From: Nitrospira sp. | Lineage (GTDB): Bacteria > Nitrospirota > Nitrospiria > Nitrospirales > Nitrospiraceae | NCBI GenBank assembly: GCA_022843785.1 | Contig: JALHMZ010000001.1 | Coordinates: forward strand, 83,516 to 147,515 | DNA length: 64,000 nt | Reading direction: 5' to 3' | Shown here: positions 35,763-45,242 of the stretch, piece after piece | Position numbering within the stretch: the stretch's first letter is position 1 | How the letters are laid out: each line of letters opens with the position of its first letter | Translations under genes and position numbers: made by a program | The notes under the pieces: model-generated | What the model was told of the DNA's origin: nothing | The model's database searches: none | Seen by the model: only the letters and a program-made list of their open reading frames with translations

Positions 35763-36533
35763 TTATCCTTCGCGTTTCATCTGTTCGGCGCTGTGCCCGA
35801 ACATCGCCGCGCTGCCGGCTCCTCCCGGCGTCGGCGCAAATTCCATTGGATTCGCATGCGTCTTACCGCCATGAACCTTCGATTGCGTTCCGGTAAACCG
35901 GACGTTCTCACCGTTTTCAGGCAGCTTGATCCCCATCTCCTCGCGTACCTTCTTGAAGATCTGCGCAACACGCTTGATCTTGAGGGTATCGGAATCCCGG
36001 ATGGTAAGCATGGCATCTTCGTGGCCTTGTTCGGCGCAAATAGCCATCGTGCAGCAATTCGTTCCTGCCCGGATCATCTTGAGCGTCAGGTTTGCATAAT
36101 GACAATGCACCCCGATGAAAATGCAGGCTTCGATCTTGTTGCCCCAGATAGTCAAATTCGGATGATTCGGGTTGATAACTTCTTCCGGGTCGATTTTTGG
36201 ATACTTCGGCCGGTAATCCGGCATCGGGATGATCATGACTTGCGGAATCTGCGCCGCGATTTCTAATGTAGCTTTGGCCTTTTCGACTGCGTGATCATTC
36301 CAGGCCCAGAGCAATAGTGGTCCCGGGAAGATGGTGGCATTCGGGCTGGTCAGCATCTTACGCGCCATCTCTTCGATGACTTTTTCTTCATTCGGTTCGA
36401 GCAATCCGTAAAACAACCCCTCGCCCGGGTCTGGAAGCGATACGCCCAGCTGCGCAGCGGACGGAGGATGAAACCCAGCCGGCCCCGGCACAATGATCCG
36501 TTCTCTGGTGTCCTGTGTTGTTGCCACGCCCAT
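35763..36533 (-). CDS. 2-oxoacid:ferredoxin oxidoreductase delta subunit (CODH beta-like family)
   Basis: Operon position; PTIFPGPL..W and MPDYRPKYPKID...INPNHPNLTI motifs typical of five-subunit enzymes. Confidence 0.75.
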   Translation of the reverse strand: MGVATTQDTRERIIVPGPAGFHPPSAAQLGVSLPDPGEGLFYGLLEPNEEKVIEEMARKMLTSPNATIFPGPLLLWAWNDHAVEKAKATLEIAAQIPQVMIIPMPDYRPKYPKIDPEEVINPNHPNLTIWGNKIEACIFIGVHCHYANLTLKMIRAGTNCCTMAICAEQGHEDAMLTIRDSDTLKIKRVAQIFKKVREEMGIKLPENGENVRFTGTQSKVHGGKTHANPMEFAPTPGGAGSAAMFGHSAEQMKREG

Positions 36534-36548
36534 TCCCCTTTCCTGCAC

Positions 36549-36872
36549 TTATCCGACGACTGGACTTGCCAAAACGGCCGTCGTGCTCTTTTCACCGTAG
36601 GTGATATTGTCAGTCAACGCCGCCATCGGCAATTGATCGATCATGATCATCTTGATGGCATTGTTCTTAGCCATGTTGTCGCATACCCACACACATTGCG
36701 CGCATCCCTTGCAGCGGTCCACCGCCACATAGGCCGAGCCGTACTTGAACCCTCGATCCTTGCCCATTTCGTCACTGTATTGAATCGTATTGGCTTCGGG
36801 GCAGTACTGCGTGCAGAGCTTACAACTCTTCGCCGCACAAATCTCGACACTGATATCGGCTACAAGGTACAT
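36549..36872 (-). CDS. Ferredoxin-like epsilon subunit (2x 4Fe-4S)
   Basis: CAAKSCKLCTQYCP and CKGCAQCVWVC. Confidence 0.88.
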   Translation of the reverse strand: MYLVADISVEICAAKSCKLCTQYCPEANTIQYSDEMGKDRGFKYGSAYVAVDRCKGCAQCVWVCDNMAKNNAIKMIMIDQLPMAALTDNITYGEKSTTAVLASPVVG

Positions 36873-36892
36873 GTCAACTCCTTCTCTCCCGG

Positions 36893-37609
36893 CTACGCAG
36901 TGGCTGCAGCGGCCGGCTCTTCCACACGCTTCACATCGGGGGAGGCCCAGCCGTGGTCAACGGCGTAGTTCCATCCGGCCCGCATGACCGCGACATTTTT
37001 ATCGATCAGCTCCTGCTTTTTCTTGAATTTCCGTTCGACCACACTGTCCAGAGCCGCCGTTCCACCGGACACGACGAACCCTTTGCCGAGGAACCGGTCT
37101 TTCACGGCCTGCTCCAAGCCAAGCATATTTGTCAGCCCCGTGATTGCGCCGATGCAACCCATCAAGGCCATATTTGTGGCCAAATCCATCCCCGCCACAT
37201 CCAACGAAATCTTCGTCGCAGGGAAATAATACAGTTTCGCGCGACGCTCCGCCAATTCAGCCGTCTGATCCCGATGCAGTTTCATCGGTCCGTCATTATT
37301 GATCAGCGCAATCCCGTCTTCCTTCAGGCCGAAGTAAAACGGCATTGTGTACGACTTGCCGTGGGTAATCACTTGGGGATGAAAAATGATGATGATGTGC
37401 GGAAATGTGATTTCACCGATTTCATAGATGGCTTCATCCGAGACACGCACGTAACTCTCAACCGGCGCCATTCGTTTTTCCGATCCGTAGAACGGAACGA
37501 TTGTGCTCTCGCCGCCGGCATTGATGACGGCAGTGCTGAGAATGTGCGAGCCGGTGACGACGCCCTGCCCACCGACGCCTGCCATCCGGATGTTGAATCG
37601 CTTCGCCAT
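36893..37609 (-). CDS. 2-oxoacid:ferredoxin oxidoreductase gamma subunit
   Basis: IRMAGVGGQGVVT...PFYGSEKRMAPVESYVR. Confidence 0.92.
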   Translation of the reverse strand: MAKRFNIRMAGVGGQGVVTGSHILSTAVINAGGESTIVPFYGSEKRMAPVESYVRVSDEAIYEIGEITFPHIIIIFHPQVITHGKSYTMPFYFGLKEDGIALINNDGPMKLHRDQTAELAERRAKLYYFPATKISLDVAGMDLATNMALMGCIGAITGLTNMLGLEQAVKDRFLGKGFVVSGGTAALDSVVERKFKKKQELIDKNVAVMRAGWNYAVDHGWASPDVKRVEEPAAAATA

Positions 37610-37630
37610 GATTGACCTCCTCGTGAGTGC

Positions 37631-38524
37631 TTAGGCTTTGCCTGGAATCGCAGCGGCTGGCTTCGCAAGAAATTCCTTATAGCCATAGCGCTCGGTGAGG
37701 TACTGCTTGGCTTCCTCGCTGACATACTCCGTAAACTGATACCGATCGTTCTCGACCGTCTTTGCATCTTCCATGACCTTGTCGGTCGGAATCGCATACT
37801 CGATGTTGCAGGAGGTGTAGGCCTGGATGTACGTCGACCCGACCTCACGCGCGATCAGCACCGCTTTCTTGATGACGCTTTCCACGCGGCGCGGATTATT
37901 CGGAACCACCGTGGCCACATAAGCGCACCCGGCGACCTTCGCCATTTGCAACATGTCCATTTTCTCAAACTTCTTACCGAGCGGCGCCATCTTCAACACC
38001 GCGCCTCGATTGGTCATACCGCTCTCCTGACCGCCGGTATTCCCATAGACTTCGTTGTCCAGCATGATCGTCGTAAACCGTTCCTTGCGGAACCAGGAAT
38101 GGAGCACCTGCTGGAATCCAATGTCCGCCGTGCCTCCATCCCCCGCCATCACGACCACATCCTTCGGCTTGTCGCCGAACCGGAGACGAAGGCCGCGGGA
38201 CAACCCGCTCGCCACGCCGTTTTGGTCGCCGTAGTTGCCGTAGACGAAGGGAATCGCCGCTTGAGAAATTGCAAGACGTCCGCAACCGGCCGTCCCGACT
38301 GTGATCGTATCTTCTGGATTGGGGAACGCAATAATAGCGAGGCGAATGAAGAGTGTCATGGCGCAACCGGCGCACATGGGGTGCTCCTCCAACACTTCCT
38401 TAAAGCTTCCCATCTGCGAGACGGAAACCTTCTTACCAAATGGGCCATGTTCAACCATGTCCCGATATTCTTTCGGCATGAACTTCTCGAAACCATTTGA
38501 AAACTTAACATAATCGAGACTCAT
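37631..38524 (-). CDS. 2-oxoacid:ferredoxin oxidoreductase beta subunit (TPP-binding)
   Basis: CAGC, GDGGTADIG...DNEVYGNTGGQ and C-terminal SC motif. Confidence 0.93.
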   Translation of the reverse strand: MSLDYVKFSNGFEKFMPKEYRDMVEHGPFGKKVSVSQMGSFKEVLEEHPMCAGCAMTLFIRLAIIAFPNPEDTITVGTAGCGRLAISQAAIPFVYGNYGDQNGVASGLSRGLRLRFGDKPKDVVVMAGDGGTADIGFQQVLHSWFRKERFTTIMLDNEVYGNTGGQESGMTNRGAVLKMAPLGKKFEKMDMLQMAKVAGCAYVATVVPNNPRRVESVIKKAVLIAREVGSTYIQAYTSCNIEYAIPTDKVMEDAKTVENDRYQFTEYVSEEAKQYLTERYGYKEFLAKPAAAIPGKA

Positions 38525-38654
38525 CAGGCACCTCCTATGTCACTTCAGGGCAGTCATTATCCGATTTCGACGCAACCGAATGAAACGAAGAAAACCAGGA
38601 AACGATGAGGATGGATGATATGGACCGATTCAATCCGCCACTTGCATCTTGGCC

Positions 38655-38684
38655 ATCCTAGCAAAGCTGAAAAAAGACTGTCAA
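38655..38684 (-). promoter_or_regulatory. Sigma70-type promoter of the oxidoreductase operon
   Basis: TTGACA-N18-TAGGAT with an extended TGn. Confidence 0.6.
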
Positions 38685-38944
38685 TCTTATATATCTTCCC
38701 CAAGACTTGGACCACTACGAACCCAATAGACATGTTGATACTATAACGTCCTGAAATTCAACACAACTTTTCAGAAGGCCCAGGATATCCGAAAGAAGGC
38801 CTAGGGGTGATCAGGCGAATAGGCCATTCGCCCCAAGCCGATTCTGGATGAGAGGAGTCGATCCAGAAGCCGCCTGAAACTCTGTGCGATAAATTTCGGG
38901 AGAGTAATTGCCGATCCATCTCAATCCGTTTACACTGTCGGCCT

Positions 38945-39193
38945 ATGCCTCTTCGTGTACTCATACCAGGTGAAGATGACACAGGCACTCATGTCGGCGG
39001 CGTACATAAGCGGCCACCGATCCCTGACGACTCCCTCAAGGCCGAATGCCCGAAGTTTATGGCGCACGGTCCCTGCGGCGGCGTTCGGAAGGGCGGGTTC
39101 TGCGAAGTCTACCCGGAGATGAAATGCCCGTGGATCTCTCTGTTTATCGAATTAGAAAAAATCGGCCAGACCGAATGGATGAAACAAGTGTGA
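38945..39193 (+). CDS. Methylene-THF reductase C-terminal (MetV-like) Cys-rich domain protein
   Basis: ECPKFMAHGPCGGVRKGGFCEVYPEMKCPW. Confidence 0.8.
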   Translation: MPLRVLIPGEDDTGTHVGGVHKRPPIPDDSLKAECPKFMAHGPCGGVRKGGFCEVYPEMKCPWISLFIELEKIGQTEWMKQV

Positions 39194-39205
39194 TTGGGCC
39201 GGTAG

Positions 39206-39305
39206 GGACACCTCCCGTGCTCGCGCACCGCGGCACACAAGATTGATTGGATTTTTAGATCAGGGGCGGTGCTCGGTGCATGCACCCAATCAGAAGGCGT
39301 CCCCA
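39206..39305. repeat. Palindromic intergenic repeat element, copy 2 (inverted relative to copy 1)
   Basis: TGCTCGCGCACCGCG (39218-39232) is the reverse complement of 32682-32696; GTGCTCGGTGC (39269-39279) is the reverse complement of 32636-32646. Confidence 0.7.
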
Positions 39306-39328
39306 CCAACCCAAAGTGGAGAAGTGAA

Positions 39329-39730
39329 ATGAAGAATAAGCGAAAAACGACAACCCTGGGCTACAACGCGGAACACGCGAAGAGTGGCATAACTTCGCCA
39401 CTGCCCGGCATTGAAACATTTCCCAATCAGTACAAAGGCTACGAGATCACGATCGAGATTCCGGAATACACGGCGATCTGCCCGAAAACGAACCTGCCGG
39501 ACTTCGGCACAATTACACTGCACTATATGCCTGACAAGGAATGCCTCGAATTGAAGGCTCTCAAGATGTACATCCACGCCTACCGCAATCTTGGCATCTT
39601 TTACGAAAATGCCGTCAACCGCATTTTGCAGGACGTGGTCACAGCTTGCCGGCCGGTCTGGGCCAAAGTCACCGGCACCTTTGCCGCCCGCGGCGGCTTA
39701 CGCAGCGTCATCGAAGCTCGATACCCTTGA
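39329..39730 (+). CDS. queF: NADPH-dependent 7-cyano-7-deazaguanine reductase
   Basis: EYTAICPKTNLPDFG, LELKALKMY..AYRN.GIFYE and ARGG motifs. Confidence 0.93.
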   Translation: MKNKRKTTTLGYNAEHAKSGITSPLPGIETFPNQYKGYEITIEIPEYTAICPKTNLPDFGTITLHYMPDKECLELKALKMYIHAYRNLGIFYENAVNRILQDVVTACRPVWAKVTGTFAARGGLRSVIEARYP

Positions 39731-39813
39731 AGAATCAGTAGTCGCCATGCGTTGGTCTCTTGATAGACATAACCGGTTGATAGATAGCGATCGACCAATA
39801 ACATTCCTCCCCT

Positions 39814-40623
39814 ATGGCCACCTACGCAATCGGTGATGTCCAAGGGTGCTTAACCCCTCTGCGCCATCTGCTTGATCGTATCTCCTTTCAGTCTGACACC
39901 GACCGGATCTGGCTCGTCGGCGACTTAGTCAACCGGGGCCCGGACTCATTGGCCACCTTGCGGTTTCTCAAGCATCTCGGCGCCGCAGCCCAGCCCATCC
40001 TCGGCAATCACGACCTCTTCCTGCTGGCCGCCGCAGAAGGCATCGTGTCGCTCCGCCCCAAAGATACGATTCAGGATATCCTCACCGCAGATGATCGCGC
40101 TGACCTGATCGAATGGCTGAGACGCATCCCGCTCCATCATCGTGAGGGTACGTTCTTTATGGTTCATGCCGGCCTCCTCCCTCAATGGACGGTTGATGAC
40201 GCCACACAGTACGCACGGGACGTCGAAACCATATTGTCCGGGCCGGACTATCGAACCTTTCTCCAGCAACTGTTTCACGGACCGACAACGCCGTGGAACT
40301 CCTCATTGAAGGGGATGCCACGCTTGACAAGCATCGCGCGCGTGTTGACCAGGATCAGGACCTGCACCCCGTCCGGTGAACTATCGAGCTTCTCCGGACC
40401 GCCCGAACAGGCCCCGGCAGGATGCATACCCTGGTTTCATGTCCCAGACCGCCGCAGCGCCGATGCCATAATCATTACCGGTCATTGGGCAGCACTCGGC
40501 CTTCGGCTGGAACCGAACCATCTCGCCATCGATAGCGGCTGCGTGTGGGGGAGACAGCTGACTGCGGTGCGGTTGGAGGATCGAGCGGTGTTTCAGGTCG
40601 ACTACGCCGATCGCCGAAGCTGA
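39814..40623 (+). CDS. apaH: Symmetrical bis(5'-nucleosyl)-tetraphosphatase
   Basis: MATYAIGDVQGC, GDLVNRGPDSL, LGNHD, VHAG, GHWAALG and DSGCVWG. Confidence 0.95.
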   Translation: MATYAIGDVQGCLTPLRHLLDRISFQSDTDRIWLVGDLVNRGPDSLATLRFLKHLGAAAQPILGNHDLFLLAAAEGIVSLRPKDTIQDILTADDRADLIEWLRRIPLHHREGTFFMVHAGLLPQWTVDDATQYARDVETILSGPDYRTFLQQLFHGPTTPWNSSLKGMPRLTSIARVLTRIRTCTPSGELSSFSGPPEQAPAGCIPWFHVPDRRSADAIIITGHWAALGLRLEPNHLAIDSGCVWGRQLTAVRLEDRAVFQVDYADRRS

Positions 40624-40644
40624 CCGGAACTTTCCGGAGCTCGT

Positions 40645-41436
40645 TCAGTGATAGCTCTCGGCATCAGACGGGAATTTCCCCTGCTCGACTTCTTCTTTGT
40701 AACGCCGGAGCGCCTGGAGCGCATCGGCTTTCAGATGCGCGTACGGCTTGACGAACTTGGGCACGAATTCGTCGAACATCCCGAGCAGATCGTAGAGCAC
40801 CAATACTTGCCCGTCACAATGCAGACCTGCACCGATGCCGATGGTAGGAATCGACAACTGTGCCGTGATCGCCCGGGCCAGCTTCGCAGGAATTGCTTCG
40901 AGCACCACCGCGACGGCGCCAGCCTCTTCGATCGCTTTGGAGTCGTCCAAAAGAACCTGGGCGCGATCACCTTCTTTGCCCTGTACTTTATACCCGCCAT
41001 ATTGATTGACTGATTGCGGAGTCATTCCAAGATGGCCGATCACAGGAATGCCGACCTGCGTCATGGCCTGGATACGATCGACCATGACCGCGCCGCCTTC
41101 AAGTTTGACCGCATGGGCGCCGGCCTGGAGAAACCGGCCTGCGTTGCGCACCGCTTCGTCTTTGCCAGCCTGATAAGACATGAACGGCATATCGCCAATG
41201 ATCAGCGATTTCTGCGCCGCTCCGGCCACCAGTCTGGTGTGATATAGCATGTCGTCCATCGTGACCGACAAGGTGTTCGCCTTACCCTGAACCACGATAC
41301 CCAATGAATCGCCGACCAGAATCACTTCGAGACCGGCCTGCTCCACGATGCGCGCGAACAGCGCATCATAGGCGGTCACGACGATCACCTTCTTCTGCTC
41401 GCGCTTATACCGGTGGAGATCCGGAACGGTCATCAT
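40645..41436 (-). CDS. panB: 3-methyl-2-oxobutanoate hydroxymethyltransferase
   Basis: VTAYD, ILVGDSLG, AVKLEGG, GHLGMTPQ and PTIGIGAG..CDGQVLV. Confidence 0.96.
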   Translation of the reverse strand: MMTVPDLHRYKREQKKVIVVTAYDALFARIVEQAGLEVILVGDSLGIVVQGKANTLSVTMDDMLYHTRLVAGAAQKSLIIGDMPFMSYQAGKDEAVRNAGRFLQAGAHAVKLEGGAVMVDRIQAMTQVGIPVIGHLGMTPQSVNQYGGYKVQGKEGDRAQVLLDDSKAIEEAGAVAVVLEAIPAKLARAITAQLSIPTIGIGAGLHCDGQVLVLYDLLGMFDEFVPKFVKPYAHLKADALQALRRYKEEVEQGKFPSDAESYH

Positions 41437-42320
41437 CCGAGTTCAGCCTTCGTGATAATTTCCCGAAGCCGATGAATCCCTTTAATGGCCATGATATGAA
41501 CCCCGTCGCAATGGGAACGCACAGCCTTGATCGCACGCACGGCGATTTCCACCCCGGCATCTTCCGACTTGTCACCGGCGGCGCGCAGCTCATCGATCAT
41601 CTCCTGCGGTACCGACATGCCGGGGATATTGGCATTCATGAACTCCGCCATTTTGGCATTGCGCAACAACAGAATCCCGGCCAACACCTTCACCTTGAAC
41701 GGACGTACGGCTTTCATGAAGCTTGCGAACACATCAGGCTGATAGACCGCCTGTGTCTGAAAAAACTGCGCGCCCGCTTTCACCTTCACTTCGAATTTTG
41801 CCAATACCGGCCCCACCAGGTCGGCCTCCGGCGTGGCCGCCGCGGCGATCGTAAAAGCCGTCGGACCATCCAGCTTATGGCCTGCCATGTCATGGCCTTC
41901 GTTCAATCCCTTAACCAGCTTCATGACTTGCACAGAATCGAGATCATAGACCGGCTTGGCTTCTTTATGGTCGCCGACCGTTGGGTAATCGCCTGTCAAA
42001 CAGAGGACGTTGCGTATTCCCAGCATATGGGCGCCCATCAAATCGGACTGCATGGCGATACGGTTCCGGTCGCGGCAGGTCAGCTGCATGACCGGATCAT
42101 GCCCCAACTCGTAGAGCAGCCGGCAGACAGGCAAGGAACCGGCGCGCACCACCGCCGCCGTGTTGTCGGTCACATTCACACCATGGACGAGCCCGATCAA
42201 ATCCCTGGCATTGTCCAAAATGCCGGCGATGTTCGTGCCTTTCGGCGGATTGTACTCAATCGTCACCGCAAACTGACCCTGATCCAGTACGTCCTTTAGT
42301 CTTCTCGGCTCCCGACTCAT
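41433..42320 (-). CDS. metF: 5,10-methylenetetrahydrofolate reductase (short MetF)
   Basis: EYNPPKG, NVTDN, PVMQLTCRDRN, NVLCLTGD and FFQTQ. Start ATG 42320. Confidence 0.9.
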   Translation of the reverse strand: MSREPRRLKDVLDQGQFAVTIEYNPPKGTNIAGILDNARDLIGLVHGVNVTDNTAAVVRAGSLPVCRLLYELGHDPVMQLTCRDRNRIAMQSDLMGAHMLGIRNVLCLTGDYPTVGDHKEAKPVYDLDSVQVMKLVKGLNEGHDMAGHKLDGPTAFTIAAAATPEADLVGPVLAKFEVKVKAGAQFFQTQAVYQPDVFASFMKAVRPFKVKVLAGILLLRNAKMAEFMNANIPGMSVPQEMIDELRAAGDKSEDAGVEIAVRAIKAVRSHCDGVHIMAIKGIHRLREIITKAELG

Positions 42321-42331
42321 GCTGTTTTCCT

Positions 42332-43198
42332 TTAGCCTCGTTTCATTCCGGCATGTCTCATCGCAGACTCCACCGTATTGTCCAGCAACATGGCGATGGT
42401 CATGGGGCCCACTCCCCCCGGTACAGGACTGATCCATCCGGCCTTCTGGCTGACCGGCTCAAAATCGACATCGCCGCATAGTTTGCCGTCCGGCAACTTG
42501 TTCGTTCCCACGTCGATCACGACCGCGCCCTCCCGCACCATGTCGGCCGTCACAAATTTGGCCTTCCCGATCGCCACCAGCAGCAACTCGGCTTCGCGGC
42601 AGACTGCCGGAAGATCTTTCGTCTTCGAATGGCAAATCGTGACGGTTGCATTGCGCTGCAAAAGCATGAGGGCCAACGGCTTACCCACAATATTACTGCG
42701 CCCCAACACGACGGCGCGCTTGCCTTCGATCGCCACGCCCGTCGATTCGATCATCTTCATGACACCCTTTGGGGTACAGGCCTCGAATACAGGATGCCCT
42801 TCGACCAACCGGCCGAAGTTATAGGGATGAAACCCGTCGGCATCCTTGTTCGGAGACACGGCCTCGAGCACCACTCGACTGTCAATCTGCTTCGGCAATG
42901 GAAGCTGGACAAGAATACCGTGAATCTTCGGATCGGCATTCTTCTTTTCAATCAATGCCAATAGCTCCGCCTGCGTGGTCGAAGCCGGCAGCTTGTGATC
43001 ATCTACATAGATACCGGCCAACTCACAGGCCTTTTGTTTGTTCTTCACATACACATGCGACGCAGGATCATCCCCGACCAGGATCGTCGCCAAACCGGGC
43101 TTGACCCCTGTCTTGGCTAACACTGCTGCTGAGTCAATGGCCAAACGATCCCTGACTTGCTGCGCCAACGCTTTCCCATCGATCAATTTCGCCGCCAC
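42332..43198 (-). CDS. folD: Bifunctional methylene-THF dehydrogenase/cyclohydrolase
   Basis: IDGK, GILVQLPLP, KDADGFHP, GRSNIVGKP and PVPGGVGPMTIAML. Confidence 0.97.
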   Translation of the reverse strand: MAAKLIDGKALAQQVRDRLAIDSAAVLAKTGVKPGLATILVGDDPASHVYVKNKQKACELAGIYVDDHKLPASTTQAELLALIEKKNADPKIHGILVQLPLPKQIDSRVVLEAVSPNKDADGFHPYNFGRLVEGHPVFEACTPKGVMKMIESTGVAIEGKRAVVLGRSNIVGKPLALMLLQRNATVTICHSKTKDLPAVCREAELLLVAIGKAKFVTADMVREGAVVIDVGTNKLPDGKLCGDVDFEPVSQKAGWISPVPGGVGPMTIAMLLDNTVESAMRHAGMKRG

Positions 43199-43312
43199 AA
43201 TTTCCTCCTGATCTTTAGTTTAGATTGAGGTCAAGGTTGAGGCTGAAAACACCACCGGCCGAGACATACACTCAGTCTGAGCCTAAACCTAATCCTGGCT
43301 GAAAATTACGGC

Positions 43313-43342
43313 ACCTTAGCAGGGCAATTTTACCCAAGTCAA
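43313..43342 (-). promoter_or_regulatory. Sigma70-type promoter of folD-metF-panB
   Basis: TTGACT-N18-TAAGGT with TGn extension. Confidence 0.55.
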
Positions 43343-43482
43343 CGCCATGCCGTGCGTGGGGACTACCACGTGAAGCTGAGAAAAGAAAGACCCAAACACC
43401 TCCATCTAGATGGGCTCCTTCGTCGCCTTACACCCCACGCCTTACCCCTTATAGCTCCGTTCCTTGACAGCATCTCGATCCC

Positions 43483-44538
43483 TTGGCTACGATGGCTGAC
43501 CATCATGCAAAGCCGCCTATATTGATGTCCTTACTATTGTCGTCGATGCCGTTCGTTTCATTGTGCGGCCGCCTTTTGCTCTTCTCCATGCTGCTGTTTG
43601 GCTTCGCTTCACCCGGCGGCGCCGCCCAGATCACCGGTTTGGAATCACCTAACAGCTTTGTCGGCGACCAACTTGGGAGCGATTATTTCATTTCGAATAT
43701 CAATGGAGAACCAGAGGACCGAGACAACAACGGATTCATCACAAAATTGGACTCCACAGGGAAAGTCACGAGCCTCAAGTTCATTCAGGGTGGCGTTGGA
43801 AACATCCTGCTGCATGCGCCAAAGGGATTGGCCCTCATGGGACAGACCCTCTATGTCGCAGACCTCGACCAACTCAAAGGATTCGATAAGACGACCGGTA
43901 AACTGCTCGTGGCCGTCTCGTTTCCCACGTCATCTCCTCAAAAGAGTGTGTCCTTACGAGCTGTGACAGCTGGACCGACCGGTCTACTCTACGCATCTGA
44001 CCAAGCCGCGAACTCCATTTACCGTATCGATCCCGCAGCTGATCATCGCGTGAATCTTCTGATCCACGATGACCGGCTGGCTGGACCGTCTGGAATCGCC
44101 GTCCACCCTAAAACAGGCCATCTCATCGCCGTAAGTTGGGACAAAGGCAAGATTCTGGATATTTCACCGGAAGGGGAATTCACCGAATTGGAGTCGAATG
44201 GATTCTTCACAGGACGATTCCAAAACCTAAGCGGAGTCGATTTCGATCGCTGGGGCAATATGTATCTATCGGACTTCACAAAAGGAAAAATCTGGCGGAT
44301 GACCAGAGATCATCGCTTCCACGTGATCGCCGAGTATCTGCTCGCCCCGGCCGATGTCAGCATCGATCGCGCAAACAATCTGATCCTCGTCCCCTATTAC
44401 TATGCCCATGCGGCCGAGATGAATGGATTGGAAACTCCCTCCGACGGCAAACCGAAGGTGGAAAAACGAACGTTGGCGGATTACGGATTTATTCCACCTC
44501 CGCCGAAAGCAGCGACGGAAGGATCGGTAAAGAAATGA
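43483..44538 (+). CDS. Secreted beta-propeller protein (SMP-30/gluconolactonase-like)
   Basis: Hydrophobic signal-like segment; APKGLAL..LYVAD and GPSGIAV repeats. True start uncertain (possibly downstream). Confidence 0.7.
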   Translation: MATMADHHAKPPILMSLLLSSMPFVSLCGRLLLFSMLLFGFASPGGAAQITGLESPNSFVGDQLGSDYFISNINGEPEDRDNNGFITKLDSTGKVTSLKFIQGGVGNILLHAPKGLALMGQTLYVADLDQLKGFDKTTGKLLVAVSFPTSSPQKSVSLRAVTAGPTGLLYASDQAANSIYRIDPAADHRVNLLIHDDRLAGPSGIAVHPKTGHLIAVSWDKGKILDISPEGEFTELESNGFFTGRFQNLSGVDFDRWGNMYLSDFTKGKIWRMTRDHRFHVIAEYLLAPADVSIDRANNLILVPYYYAHAAEMNGLETPSDGKPKVEKRTLADYGFIPPPPKAATEGSVKK

Positions 44539-45233
44539 GCGCCTGCCCCTATTGCACACAGCGAAAAGGAAAACGCCCCTGCCCGGCACTGGGTGGATTG
44601 ATTTGCAGCCCCTGCTGCGGAGAACATCGGCTGGTCCGGATCTCTTGCCCCAGCGACTGCACGTATTTAGACAACGGCAGCGACTATCAGCAAAAGCGGC
44701 TCGGCGAGCAATTCATGCCGATTCGGAGGGATTTCTACCGAGCACTGAGCGAACTCGGCGGTGAAAAAGCCGTCGCCCTATTCAACCTGATCGAAGTCGT
44801 GGCGTTCGGCTATTTCGAGGGACGCCGCGACGGACAGGATGCCGAAGTCATCGCGTCCATTCAAGCTCTTCGCCGCGCCCTCAGCCCGTTGCATGTGCCA
44901 TCGGCGCCCATGCCGGTCTTTGCGGAGCATCTCAAAAAAGAATACGAGACCTTCAAAAAACAGAACCCGGAGCAAATCTCCGACACGTCGAGCGCCCCCG
45001 AAGTGCTCGACCGCGTAATCACATTCGTCTCGGAATTTTCAGGGAAGGACTTTCAGTCCCGCCGGTTTCTTGGCGGGCTCGTCGGCTACGTGAAGACCTA
45101 CCATCCGCACATTGCCGAACATCTCGTGAAAAGACAGGAACCTGGGCACATTATCCTACCCGGCCAATCCTTCATGCCGCCGCCTGAGCCGGAACCACAC
45201 ACCCACGGTCCCGGTTGCGAACATCATCATTAG
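44535..45233 (+). CDS. Hypothetical protein with Cys-rich N-terminus
   Basis: Start reset to ATG 44535 (ATGA overlap): MSACPYC...CP...CSPCC...CPSDC. Confidence 0.7.
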   Translation: MSACPYCTQRKGKRPCPALGGLICSPCCGEHRLVRISCPSDCTYLDNGSDYQQKRLGEQFMPIRRDFYRALSELGGEKAVALFNLIEVVAFGYFEGRRDGQDAEVIASIQALRRALSPLHVPSAPMPVFAEHLKKEYETFKKQNPEQISDTSSAPEVLDRVITFVSEFSGKDFQSRRFLGGLVGYVKTYHPHIAEHLVKRQEPGHIILPGQSFMPPPEPEPHTHGPGCEHHH

Positions 45234-45242
45234 CGTATCCGT

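Noticed and set aside
38800-38880. ZTP (pfl) riboswitch
   Set aside because: GUGAUCAGGCGAAU and CCGCCUG are loosely similar, but the P2 stem and GGGGAGC/CUGGGC consensus are missing. Kept only as an unassigned structure.
39194-39328. preQ1 riboswitch upstream of queF
   Set aside because: No AGAGGUUCUAG...A-rich tail pattern; the region is occupied by the palindromic repeat.
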